DNA of 64,000 nucleotides. Origin: Squalus acanthias (taxonomy: Eukaryota). The position numbers and the translations under genes were made by a program. Each line of letters opens with the position of its first letter. Position 1 is the stretch's first letter. The notes under the pieces are model-generated. The model was not told the DNA's origin, did not search any database, and saw only the letters and a program-made list of their open reading frames with translations. The stretch lies in NCBI GenBank assembly GCA_030390025.1, contig JASTWF010000033.1, positions 374,001 through 438,000 of the forward strand. The letters run 5' to 3'. This document shows, in pieces, positions 1-11,260 of this stretch.

Positions 1-200
1 AGAAGTTGATCCTAATTCCCAGATTGGATTTATTAGTGACTGTTGTATATTTATACCCCTAGTTTTGGAATCCCCACAGGTGTAAACATCTTCTCTACAT
101 CTACCCTATCGAAACACTTCATAATGTTAAAGTCTTCTATCAGGTCACCTCGCATCTCTTTTCAAGAGAAAATGTCCCCAGCCTGTTCAGTCTTGATGTA
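1..200 (-). mobile_element. Decayed CR1 LINE 3' ORF2 remnant
   Basis: The reverse complement resembles the CR1 'RLGLFSLEKRRLRGDL' region; the ORF track shows 'LNRLGTFSLEKR'. Boundaries approximate. Confidence 0.45.
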
Positions 201-597
201 AGATGGCGATCCACAAGTACATCCAAGAGTTTTAACAGATGGATTCCCCGACAGTAGAATAGAGATAAGAAGATAATGTATACACTATGCAATTCATTGA
301 CTGTCAGTGTATTCAATATACATATATCAAGGGCATAATGCAAAGATAACTGGTATTCCCCAGGAACCTGACTCAAATGACAGGAAAGAAAGAGGTCTGT
401 GTCTAAATAACAGCTTGCCATGTCCACTGCACAGACCAGTAGAATTTATAAGCGGTGTAATGTATTTGTTGTTATGGATGACCAGTTAATCAATTCTTGG
501 TGATGTTAATCGAGAGACAATGTTACTGGGACATCGCTTTGCTTCCTTGCATTTAGGATTAGGATCGAAGTAGAGGAATGGGAACTAAGTAAAGCGA

Positions 598-934
598 CAG
601 GAAACTCAATAGAGTGATAGGATCTCAATAGAGCCTTAGGATCTCAATAGAGTGTTAGGATATCAATAGAGCGTTAGGATCTCAATAGAGTGTTAGGATA
701 TCAATAGAGTGAAAGGATGTCAATAGAGTGTTAGGATCTTAATAGAGTGATAGGATATCAACAGAGTGATAGATTCTCAATAGAGTGATAGAATCTCAAT
801 AAGTGATAGGATCTCAATTGAGCGATAGGATCTCAATAGAGTGATAGGATATCAATAGAGTGAAATGATCACAATCGAGTGATAGGATCTCAATAGAGTG
901 ATAGGATCTCAGTAGAGTGATAGGATCTCAATAG
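598..934. repeat. 19-bp minisatellite (GATAGGATCTCAATAGAGT)n, left part
   Basis: Tandem degenerate copies are directly visible. Confidence 0.9.
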
Positions 935-3028
935 AGGATGTAATAGCTGAGCACTTGAAAAACAGTGACAGCATCGGACAAAGTCAACATGGATTTTCAA
1001 AAGGTAAATCGTGCTTGACTAATCTACTGGAATTTTTTGAGGATGTAACTGGGAAAATAGATAAGGGAGAACCAGTAAATGTGGTGTATTTGGACTTTCA
1101 AAAGGCTTTCGATAAGCTCCCGCATAAGAGATTAGCGTGTAAATTTAAGGCACATGGGATTGGGGGCAAGGTATTGACTTGGATAGAGAACTGGTTGGTG
1201 GACAGAAAGCAAAGAGTAGGAATGAATGGGTATTTTTCAGAGTGGCAAGCAGTGACTAGTGGGGTACTGCAGGGATCGGTCCTTGGACCCCAGCTATTCA
1301 CAATATACATTAATGATCTAGATAAGGGAACTAAATGTAACGGCCCAAAAATTAGTGTTGCTACGCGAGAGTACGCACTGTGCACTCTCGCGTATTCTGT
1401 CTCCAATTGCCGGTTTTCTGCATGCACTGCGCATGCGCTGAAAACCGGCACTTGGTGAATTCAAAAGGGGGCGGTTCCTAAGTGAACCGTGTGCGCGCTA
1501 CAGGCTGCGCGCACGCAGTGCACTTAGTGCTTTGAACGCGCAGGTAAGTATGGAAGATTTTACACAAAAAGAAAGGAGGTGTAAGACCCTCTTTTAACAA
1601 GGTAAGTAGTTAATTAAGTATTATTTTGAATTTTTTTTAACAGGTATATCTTTTTTAGAGACTTTAAAGACAGTTAAGTTTATTTTTATAACTTTTTAAA
1701 AGATTTTAATTTTTTTCAAAAATTTAATTTTTTGTTTAAAATGGTTAATTTATTTAACTCTACTTATTTTATTAATGTGATGTTTTTTTTATTTAATTGA
1801 GGTTTAGCTGTTCTTTTGGGGGGTATAGATTCATAGCTTTCACAGCACTTATGTGAAAGCTATGAATGAAAGATGGTGTGCTGCCATTGGCTCTAACAAG
1901 GTCACGTGATGCCACAGCTCTCACGAATTAACTGCGCCTGTGGGATACGGAAGCACTGCCCAGCTGCTGTCCAGGACATCAAGTTCGTGCGAGCTGGGAC
2001 TGAAAAAGCCAGCGCGCAGTGAGAGATCGCGGGGAAGCCTTACCCTCGCACGAAGGCTCCCTCACTAATTTTTGGTCCAATATCTCCAAGTTTGCAGATG
2101 ACACAAAGCTGGGTGGGAGTGTGTGCTGCGACGAGGATACCGAGAAACTCCAGGCTGATTTGGACAGGTTGGGTGACTGGGCTGAAGCGTGGCAGATGCA
2201 ATATAACGTGGATAAATGCGAGGTTATCCACTTTCGTGTCAAAAACGAAAGGCAGACTATTATCTGAATGGCAATAGATTGGAGAAGTGGAAGTGCAACG
2301 AGACCTGGGTGTCCTTGTGCACCAGTCGCTGAAGGTAAGCATGCAGGTGCAGCAGGCGGTGAAGAAGGCAAATGGTATGTTGGCCTTCATAGCGAAAGTG
2401 TTTCAGTATAGGAACGGGGATGTCCTGCTGCAGTTGTACAGGGCCTTGGTGAGACCACACCTTGAGTATTGTGTGCAGTATTGATCGCCTTATCTGAGGA
2501 AGGATGTTCTTGCCATGGGGGGAGTTCAGCGAAGATTCACAAGGCTGATACCTGGGATGGCAGGAATGACATATGAGGAGAGATTGTGTCGATTGGGCTT
2601 ATACTCGCTGGAGTATAGAAGAATGAGAGGGGATCTCATCGAAACATACAACATTCTGACAGGTCTGGAAAAACTAGATGCACGAAGAATGTTCCCGATG
2701 GTCGTAGAGTCCAGAATCAGGGGTCATAATCTAAGGGTAAGGGGTAAGCCATTTAGGACAGAAATGAGGAATAATTTCTTCACCCAGAGAGTGGTGAACC
2801 TGTGGAATTCTCTACCACAGAAGGTAGTTGAGGCCAAGTCATTAAATATATTCAAGAATGATTTAGATATATTTCTTAAAGCTAAAGGTATCAAGGGATA
2901 TGGGGAGAAGGCAGGTACGGGGTACTGAGTTTGGATGATCAGCCATGATCTCATCGAATGGCGGAGCAGGCTCGAGGGGCCGAATGGCCTACTTCTGCTC
3001 CTATCTTCTATGTTTCTATGTTTCTATG
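935..3028 (+). mobile_element. 5'-truncated CR1 LINE (RT region and 3' UTR) inserted in the minisatellite, interrupted by a MITE
   Basis: Motifs [34 protein letters not shown] and RPHLEYC; ends in a (TTCTATGT)n tail; contains frameshifts and stops. Confidence 0.93.
1342..2078. mobile_element. Non-autonomous DNA transposon (MITE), probably PIF/Harbinger-type
   Basis: 16-bp TIRs GGCCCAAAAATTAGTG (1342-1357) and CACTAATTTTTGGTCC (2063-2078), one mismatch. Flanked by AAC/AAT (imperfect 3-bp TSD). Removing it restores CR1 'GTKCN-ISKFADD'. Confidence 0.8.
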
Positions 3029-3345
3029 AGGGATAGGATCTCAATAGAGTGATAGGATCTCTATAGAGTGATAGGATATCAATAGATTGATAAGATATCA
3101 ATAGAGTGAAATTATCTCAATAGAGTGATAGGATCTCAAAAGATTGATAGGATCTCACTAGAGTGATAGGATCTCTATAGAGTGATAGGATATCAATAGA
3201 TTGACAGGATATCAATAGAGTTATAGGATCTCAAAAGAGAGATAGGATAACAATAGAGTGATAGGATCTCAATAGAGTGAAAGGATCTCGATAGAATGAT
3301 AAGATATCATTAGAGCGGTAGGATCTCAATAGGTTATCAATATAA
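3029..3345. repeat. 19-bp minisatellite, continuation (further remnants at ~4045-4225)
   Basis: Same GATAGGATCTCAATAGAGT unit. Confidence 0.9.
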
Positions 3346-3351
3346 TGACCT

Positions 3352-4033
3352 TCTCTCTTTCTTAGGCAGTCCCTCGGAACCGAGGAGGACCTGCTTCCAC
3401 ATTAAAAATGAGTTTGCAGATGACTGATCATTCCAATGCGGGACCTACAGTCTCTGCCACAGGTGGGGCAGACGGTGGTTGAAGGGGCGGGTGGGTGGGG
3501 TGCTTGGGTTGACGTGCGCTCCTTGTGCTGCCTGTGCTTGGCTTCCGCTTGCTCCCGGCGAAGTGACTCGAGGTGTTTGGCGCCTTCCTGGATGCTTCTC
3601 CTCCACTTTGTGCGGCCTTGGGCCAGGGATTCCCAGCTGTCGGTGAGGACGTTACACTTTTTCAAGGAGGCTTTGAGGGTGTCCTTGGAGCGTTTCCTCT
3701 GCCCACCTGGGGCTCTCTTGCCTTGTCGGAGATCCAGGTAGAGCGCTTGTTTTGGGAGTCTCGTATCGGGCATTCGGACAATGTGTCTGTCCATCGGAGC
3801 TGATCGAGCGTGGTCAAAGCTTCGATGCTGGGGATGTTGGCCTGAGCAAGAACACTGACATTGGTGCGCCTATCCTGCAAATGAATTTGCAGGATCTTGC
3901 GGAGGCAGCGTTGGTAGTACCTGTCCAGTGCTTTGAGGTGCCTGCTGTACATGGTCCATGTCTCTGTGGCATACAGGAGGGCGGGTATCACTGCTGCTCT
4001 GTAGACCATGAGCTTAGTGCCGGGTCTGAGGTC
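3352..4033 (-). mobile_element. RTE-clade LINE 3' fragment
   Basis: LLYATETW, RMPDTRLPKQ..GKRAPGGQRKR and a C-terminal CPTCGRDCRSRIG..SH zinc finger, typical of RTE ORF2 ends. Confidence 0.8.
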
Positions 4034-4226
4034 ATAGAATGATCATAGCATGATAGGATCTCAATAGAGTGATAGGAACTCAGGGCTGCATTTGGTTCGC
4101 AAAAGAGCAAGCCTATCTAAATTGATAGTTTGTGTCTCAATATAGCAACAGGATTTTAATTTAAGGATCTTTCTAAAGTGATATGAGCTAAATTGAGTGA
4201 CAGAGCATCCGTAATGCAATAGGATG

Positions 4227-5389
4227 TGTAGACTTCGCAAAATCCCCCAGAAACTCGAACAGAGCCCTGAAGGGAGTGATTTTTGGACTTTTCATACAAG
4301 CTTGGGATGATGGGGCCTAAGTGAAGTGATTTGATGTAAAAACCTAAATATCAGGGTGGAAATACCTGAGAAATCTGATTTTTTAAATCTTATTGTTGGG
4401 AGAGACATTTTTTCACAGACACAAGCTGCGAGGGGCGTGGCCGGTCAGTGAACAGATCAAGCTGTCTGGGAACTGTTTGAGACAATGCAAAACTCACAAA
4501 CACATTCAAATATGGATTCCCAGGGGCAAACAAGATGTTGGAAATCTGAAAACGATTCAATGACAATATAACTTCGATCACACAGTTTCATAGCCATTAT
4601 CCCATCAAAAAAACAATCAACCAGGTATCCAGAGAACAGATTTAAAAGCCCGCCAACAGAAGGACAATAGGGTGAAGATTTGGCGCGTAGATAAGGCCGT
4701 GTTTTAAATCGGAAAACGATTAACACTAATCAAAAACCATCGGAACTGGCAAGCCCACCAAAAACTAGATAATTGGACTAAGCAAGAGTCATTTACAATC
4801 AAAAAGGAATTCGTTTTAGTAAGGGGTATTTGGGCGTGAAAAAGTAACAGTATTATTTGAGATCCTGTGCCATAATTTCTCTCTCTTTCAGACTGACTGA
4901 CGACGCGAACACAGCTCTCTCCCTGCTCCAGCAAAACCTACCACAAGCCACGAGGAAGAAGGCCAGAAGACCAGCACGCAAGAAGAAACCAGAGCGACTG
5001 CCTCAGTGACCATCAGACACCTCGCAGCAACAAGGGCCTTACGGAGTCCTTTTAAACAAAAGACTCTAATATCCTGTTAAGGATTCGTTGGTGAGCATTA
5101 TCCCTGATCTCCTGAAACCAAAAACCTAGCTAGATAGTGGAATCTTTGGGAGGGATAAGGTTTTGTTTGATATATTGTCATTTCCCTCGCTTGTACCGTG
5201 TGTTCCCCGAATCTTTGTTTAAGTAATAAGTTTGTTTCAATTTGTTACCTTTTTCTTTTAATAAAGTAAATGTCTTTCATCAGAACGTGTTTACTGCAAT
5301 TTTGTTCACAACCCCTAAATAAGCCCAAAATCTAGGAACAGGAGGGGTGTTGCAGCGATTCGAACTGCTCACTTAAGATACCCCTTACA
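4227..5389 (+). repeat. 5' LTR (1163 bp)
   Basis: TGTAGACTTCGCAAAATCCCCC...GATACCCCTTACA; homologous to 11261-12493; AATAAA near 5260. Confidence 0.9.
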
Positions 5390-5393
5390 TAAA

Positions 5394-5411
5394 TAGCGAC
5401 CGCGGCAGGAC
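5394..5411 (+). promoter_or_regulatory. Primer-binding site complementary to tRNA-Arg(TCG)
   Basis: TAGCGACCGCGGCAGGAC matches the complement of the vertebrate tRNA-Arg(TCG) 3' end (..GTCCTGCCGCGGTCG-CCA) with one mismatch; 4 nt after the LTR. Confidence 0.8.
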
Positions 5412-5533
5412 ATTGGCGAAAGGGTTGTGAAGCAGTAAATGCTGGTTTTGAGCAGAGAACAAAAATGTAAGAGAGGATGTCATCCTATGTATATTAAAAA
5501 GTAAATTTCACCAAGAATTGGGTCCTCAGGCTG

Positions 5534-7342
5534 TTGCATGCTGAACGTCCTATGGACGCTGCAGCTGCATGGACGGAGAGCAAGGAATACAATAAGTCTG
5601 TGGAGAAAGCCATATGGTTGGTCTGCTCCCAGAAACAAATGCAGCTTATGGGGAAGCGCATTCAGGCTCTCACAGAAGAGCTAAATGAAGAAAGCCAACT
5701 GTCCCGTGCCAGAGCTATAGCAGGGGATAGGTTGTTAGCAGAGCTCGGCACAAAAGATCAGGAACAGTCACAGATGCTGGAGGAACACCGTGCCAGTAAG
5801 GGATACCTCCAGTGTAAGGCCACCGAGGACAAAAGTAGTGAACTGGCATTGCGGGAAGAGAACACCCGCCTTGCCAATCAATTAAGGGAGCTCACAGAGA
5901 AGTTAAACGATGTTCAGGCAGCCTATAGAGTAGCCAGTACAAGGGAATTTGAGGTAGGGGACCACGGCCCCTGTCAGAAGCAGATTGAGAGTCTGAAACT
6001 TTCTCTGTCCAAGGCAAAAGGCATGCTGTGCCTGATAAGCCCGGGTGCGGACCTGGCAGACCTGGAAGAGCAGGGGGAGACTGTTCGACCACCACCTGTG
6101 GCGCCAAGGAGAAGCTTGGTTAGGCATCAAGAGGTGCAGACAATCTCTGAGGTTGACAGGGAGTGCACACCAGCACCTGTGGCGCCGAGTTTTGACTCGG
6201 TCCGGCAGCAGGGAGAGGGGGGCGAACCGATGCAGGAGAAGTCGGAGCCAGGGCCAATGTGCACAGCACGACAGCAAAATTTCGGCCCGCCCGCCGGTGG
6301 TGGAGGTCAGGGACCCCTTCAAAGTCAATTCTTGGCTCCCCACGGTACACAACAGCTTAGGGCTATGGTAAGCCACCTGAGTAAACTTACCCAAAAGGAA
6401 GACCCCTCAGTCCACTTTATGGACCAATCAGCAGCCAATAACGATTGTGACGATGCCGAAATGGCAAAATTGCTGCTGTTCCCTTTCGATGGCAAATTGT
6501 ACCAGTCACTCTCTACTGAGAGCAAGAGAGGACAGACCGGGTATGCTGCCGTAATGGAGGAAGTATTAGAGACCATGGGAATAAATGAGGGAAGTCCTTT
6601 CTCCCGGGTGGAGAAAACAGTGCAGCTCGCAGGGGAGACCCCACAGGCTTTCGCAGACAGGCTGTGGCCGGTGTACAGGGGTGCTTGTAATGGGGCTCTC
6701 GACAGGGCTAACCTTAACAGGGACGAGCTGGCCCACTGGCTCCGTAGCCTTGTGGCAATCAGCTTGCCACGAGTCAAAGCCAAGGCTGAGCTTTGGTTTA
6801 ACTCAAGAGATCCCCGGGTCACCGAGGAGGCAGTGGTCAGGCAACTGACCCTAGCCTACCGGAACGGTAGGGGAGCTGAAGACACCCCACCGAAAGGGAA
6901 GGTGCATGAGATAAAGCCCAGTCAGGATAAGAAGGAGTGGCACCAGGAAGGTGGTAAACCTTCCGACACGAAGCGTAGCTGCTTCGGGTGCGGGAAGACT
7001 GGGCATTGGAGAAAGGACTGTAGGAATCCCTGGAATGATAGCCTAGCAAATAAGTCCCCAACTCCTGCCCCAAAAGTAGAGGCACCGACCTCTTCCCCCA
7101 CACTGGACACAATAGTAGCGGCCATCAGAGTCCTATTTGTTGCCCCAGGGAAGGTAGCTACTGGTGCATTGATCCCATCTGCCCCCCCCCCCCCCGTAAC
7201 GCAGACCTATGACTGGAACCAGCGTAGCCTGTCTACCTGTGTTCCCTGGGATACGATGTTGAGAAGGGGGTGGAGAAAGTGCAGGGGAGATGTTTGGTGG
7301 ACACCGGAGCTGCCAGCACGGTGGTCCATTCAGAAGACCTGA
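5534..7342 (+). CDS. gag: Gag-like polyprotein (N-terminal coiled coil, capsid-like region, CCHC knuckle); start and end probably disrupted
   Basis: 602-aa ORF with MHR-like Q..GETPQAFADRL and CFGCGKTGHWRKDC. The start codon is TTG. A poly-C run at ~7182-7195 probably shifts the natural end. Confidence 0.85.
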   Translation: MHAERPMDAAAAWTESKEYNKSVEKAIWLVCSQKQMQLMGKRIQALTEELNEESQLSRARAIAGDRLLAELGTKDQEQSQMLEEHRASKGYLQCKATEDKSSELALREENTRLANQLRELTEKLNDVQAAYRVASTREFEVGDHGPCQKQIESLKLSLSKAKGMLCLISPGADLADLEEQGETVRPPPVAPRRSLVRHQEVQTISEVDRECTPAPVAPSFDSVRQQGEGGEPMQEKSEPGPMCTARQQNFGPPAGGGGQGPLQSQFLAPHGTQQLRAMVSHLSKLTQKEDPSVHFMDQSAANNDCDDAEMAKLLLFPFDGKLYQSLSTESKRGQTGYAAVMEEVLETMGINEGSPFSRVEKTVQLAGETPQAFADRLWPVYRGACNGALDRANLNRDELAHWLRSLVAISLPRVKAKAELWFNSRDPRVTEEAVVRQLTLAYRNGRGAEDTPPKGKVHEIKPSQDKKEWHQEGGKPSDTKRSCFGCGKTGHWRKDCRNPWNDSLANKSPTPAPKVEAPTSSPTLDTIVAAIRVLFVAPGKVATGALIPSAPPPPVTQTYDWNQRSLSTCVPWDTMLRRGWRKCRGDVWWTPELPARWSIQKT

Positions 7343-7740
7343 CCAATTCACCCAGGTTTAACGGGGTCCCCTACAGTTTAATGGGAAATAAAAGGGAACG
7401 AGCAGGCTGGGGCAATGTCCAAACCTTTGGACACAGATTTAGGATCCCTCCATACCACGTGGGAGGATAACCAAAATGCCGACAAGTTGGCCAAGCAGGG
7501 GGTCAGGGAAGGAGAGTGATGGGATCCCTATAAAGCAGGTCCGGTAGCTGCAATCCGGGACAAGGGAGGCACACAGGGGATAGCTTTGCCCCCGGACTTA
7601 AAGCAGGTCCAAGCCCAGAATCCCGTCTTTAAGGCCGTCCTGGTAAAGAGAGAGAATGGGGAGTCCCTAGAAGTTCCGTTCAGGGCAGAGAACGAGATTT
7701 TTAAACAGGTTCACTGGCAAGCAGCCAGTAACCTGGGGAG
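7213..7740 (+). pseudogene. pol: pol remnants: aspartic protease, RNase H tail, possible integrase N-terminus; RT deleted
   Basis: CLVDTGAASTVV (7270 frame) and DNQNADKLAKQG (~7466-7501). No RT or integrase core motifs. Confidence 0.7.
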
Positions 7741-7841
7741 CCAGTACCAGAAAAATCGGCTGCTGTTAGAACCCCAGAGAGTCCACGGGTGGGAGATTGA
7801 CCAGTGTAAACTGTTTAAACCTAGAAAGGGAACAGCCGAAA

Positions 7842-8423
7842 ATGGTGGACTGCCCCCAAGTTAGAAATCCTCAGCCAGCCGCGGCTGTGGTAGACGCACA
7901 AGCTGCAGCGGGAGGGACAGTGTGCTGTCTCACAGGAGAGGTCACTCCACCGATTATGTGGGACTCAAGCACACCGCCAGTGTCCAGAGCCCTAAGAATG
8001 TCTCCCCGCACACCACAGCAAAGGCTACTGTGGCCACAGGTGTATCTGTTTAGAGGGTCCCACCCAAAGAGGGTTACAACTAGAAAAAGGGCGCCCAAGT
8101 GCAGGGTGCGTTCTAAAGTTGGGGATTCCCAGCCTACAGCCTCCAACATTGAGGGTTTCACAGGAGAAGTAGTACTGGAAGAAGAGAGATAGAAGGGTCC
8201 CCCGCCCGCAGCCTCAGGCTGGGAGGAGCCCACAGATATGAACGAGGGCGCTGCAGCCACACAAAAGGGGGTAGTGTGCTGCAGCACAGGACGCAGCTGG
8301 GATGTTAAGATACCCCCAGCGGTTTTGAGGAAGGCCTTCTGGGTCCGGCGATACAGGCCGCACTACACCCAGGTGTACAAGCCATCCAGAGGCCACATAC
8401 GGCAGAGACTAAACAGGATTTAA
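7842..8423 (+). pseudogene. Orphan accessory ORF between pol and env, broken by one in-frame TAG (8190-8192)
   Basis: ORFs 7797-8192 and 8238-8423 are in the same frame and the linker between them is open. Confidence 0.4.
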
Positions 8424-8590
8424 CCTGGCCGTACGGAGATGGGCGGCAAATGTACAGAATTTTCGGTTTTAAGTAATTGCAGTTTTGGTAGTTATGGGTT
8501 ATCAAAGTTTAGTTATTTGTGGAGTTTTTAAGTTTAAGGGCTTGAATAATTATCCAGCCAGATAACCTTTCTGGGACATGGATATAAGTT

Positions 8591-10880
8591 TTGTGTGTGC
8601 CCCGACAGAAAGGACTTCGGAATGACAAGGTTTCTGCTCCTGCTCCCCTGGTAGGGGTGAGCATCGGTGACCGAGGTGACGTAGAGGACTCCCACATCTA
8701 TGGGTATTCAGGAGTGAGAGCACCAGTCGTCACCGCAGTGGGTGGCGAGCGGGGAGTGGAGGAGCTCGCCATCTACTTCCACGAGGGAAGGTGGCCAGGA
8801 TGGTTGGGGTCCAACTCTACTAAATACTCCAACCAACCCGGGTTCACGTACGGGGAGGCCTCCCTCCCATGCCCCAGAATACAGGTCGTTGCCACAAGGG
8901 TCAGTGTCACCGAGGGGAAGCGTGTGTGCCTTACCTGTAAGGGACGAATTCCCTTGAATAGGTGGTGGTGGCACAGGAAGCTGAGCAGGGACGCAGGGGA
9001 CCATACAGCCGACTGGGAAAGATTAGGGAACGACACCTACCGGACAATCACAGGGACCCAAGGAGGAGTGAGTGTTTGTTGGGATAAGTGGTGGGAGTCG
9101 GAACAGGGAGTCTATGTTTGTATGTGGGGATCAGAGGAAGCCTGCCCCACAGGGGTATCCATCATCTTCTCCAGCCAATGGCAAGATGCCGGGGAGGGGA
9201 TAGGGTGGGATTCTAGCCTGCATGGGTGTGTGGTCCCACACATTCCGGTCCCAGTTAATGCCACTGAACTCGTGGCACACACCCGAAAGCCCCAACCCAC
9301 GACCCAGGTACCGAAAACCCTGGAAGAAAAGTGCCCTACCACCACCAAATGAGCAGGGAATGGGTTAGTCCTAGTACCAACCGAAAAGGTACTATACCAG
9401 GGGGTACACTATGCAGTAACTCCAGTAATATTAAACCTTACCGAGGTATACTTACCTGAGTGGTGTCCTAAGGAGACGGAGCAGCTGTACCAGGCCCTGC
9501 TAAAGGAAATGTTTAGGAAATTTTACGAATTAGATTTTGCCAATATAGACAAAGTAGAGCTATACAGAATACACCCTGAGAACCCTATGGGCACGGGTAG
9601 AAAAAGAAGGGAAGCCTGGAATGATGTCTTCACAGCCTATAGTACAGGGTCCTCTGTAATAAATAGCCTGGATGACATGGAATTACAGACACAGATAAAT
9701 GGTTTAAAAACCCAGTTAAGAAAGATCCTGAAGGATGGGAACACAGTGGTAGGCTCAGAGCTACATGAGGACCAAGCTATGACGGTTCATTTAAAGGAAA
9801 TTATTGCAGAATTGGAAAGGCATGCCAAAACAGTAAATGCACTCATACGGGAGGATAGGAATGCATCGGATCAGGCTGCACAGAATGAGGTGTGTGTGCT
9901 GTACGGGGCATGGTTGCTGGGCGAGGGCCGTAGCAACCTGGTGGATTTAAAGCAAGGTTTAGTCCCCTCCTGGATCAGCAACAAGCACCTTGCAGCCCTC
10001 CACCCGTTTAGTAATTCGCTGAGCACATGCCAATTTCATCTAGCCTCTGAAGCCTACCAAGTCCCAATAGATTGTGGGCGTTCAAATCACACTATCATGG
10101 GGATAGTAGTGAGAATGCCGGTCATGAGTGGGACAGCCCGACCCGTACCGGTATACAGGGTGGAGAACATTGGAGTCATTAAAGGGGGTGCACACATCCG
10201 TTTTACAGCGGTCCTACCTTATGTCATAAAGTGGGAGCACGCCATGACAGGTATTGACCTAGACGGGTGCCGGAGCCGGGGTTCACACATCATACTGTGT
10301 CCCCAGCACTTGAACGCCTATTCGAAACCACAATGCGGGTTCAGAGCTGCTGGCGCACGACCTATCAATTGTACCATGGAGGTGATGGCACACGGCCATG
10401 TTTCCCCACAGGTAGCATATATAGGGGGTGGGACATATTGTGTCACCACGGGTGCGTCCCACTACCAGCATGGACACTTCTGGTGTCCGCTAAGTGACAG
10501 CAGTTTCTGTTTTAAACGAGAGGCAGAAGTTCAAGTGGCCCAGGAACAGATTGTCCCCATTCCTGAACCCTCCACTGTTCACCTCACTGTAACAGAAAAC
10601 ATCACCAACCTGCAAAAGTATGTGACTTACTTTGGATATAAAATTCCCCTTCTACCCGAACATCTTACCAACCTACTTAAAGCTGTAGAGATTTCACAAA
10701 AACTTTCCTACACCCTGGAACAGAAAACAGTTGAATTAGGGGCAGAGATTTTGGATATAGTAGTTCCAACCTGCTGGGATATTTTCGAGAATATAGAGGT
10801 GCCTTCCTGGATCAGGATGGCTTCCCATCTTTTGGTGGTCTGCTAGCTCGGGATATTTCTCTACCTGCTGTGAACAAGAT
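8591..10880 (+). pseudogene. env: env: Ig-like domain + class I F-type fusion glycoprotein; in-frame stops at 9350-9352 and 10844-10846
   Basis: ORFs 8591-9352 and 9509-10846 share a frame with an open linker. Features: VSVTEGKRVCLTC..W..GVYVC Ig motif, RKRR furin site, heptad repeat, Cys-rich region, TM-like end. Confidence 0.8.
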
Positions 10881-11249
10881 GAAGGGGAAGGGACGGGGAG
10901 CTCCGCTCCAGACACGATGGGACTTGGGAAGTGCATCAAAATAAAGGCTATGGCCAGGGATGGAACGAAACTTGAATTTTTGTCTTTTAATTAAAAAAAT
11001 TTGTATGTGTGTTGTGTCATTTTTATGATGTGTATGATGTGTTTTTTCCAAGCTGTGCAGGGGTGACCGTCCCTCTCGGTGCTTGGATGTGAAATAAAGA
11101 TTGATTCTTACCTGTATGTCCCTGAAACACCACTTTCAAAAGGGGAATGTATGTTTGGGTTTTTAGTTTAGGTAATACAGGGGAAGGTTGGTTTTCGGGG
11201 ATCGGAATTTTTGCTCACCTGTTAATTATACTAATTCAGTTTTAGTATC

Positions 11250-11260
11250 AAAGTGGGGGA
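11250..11260 (+). promoter_or_regulatory. Polypurine tract
   Basis: AAAGTGGGGGA abutting the TG of the 3' LTR. Confidence 0.8.

Noticed and set aside
4221..4226. Target-site duplication for the first LTR element
   Set aside because: The left flank (GGATG) and right flank (ATCTC) do not match cleanly, so no TSD is claimed.
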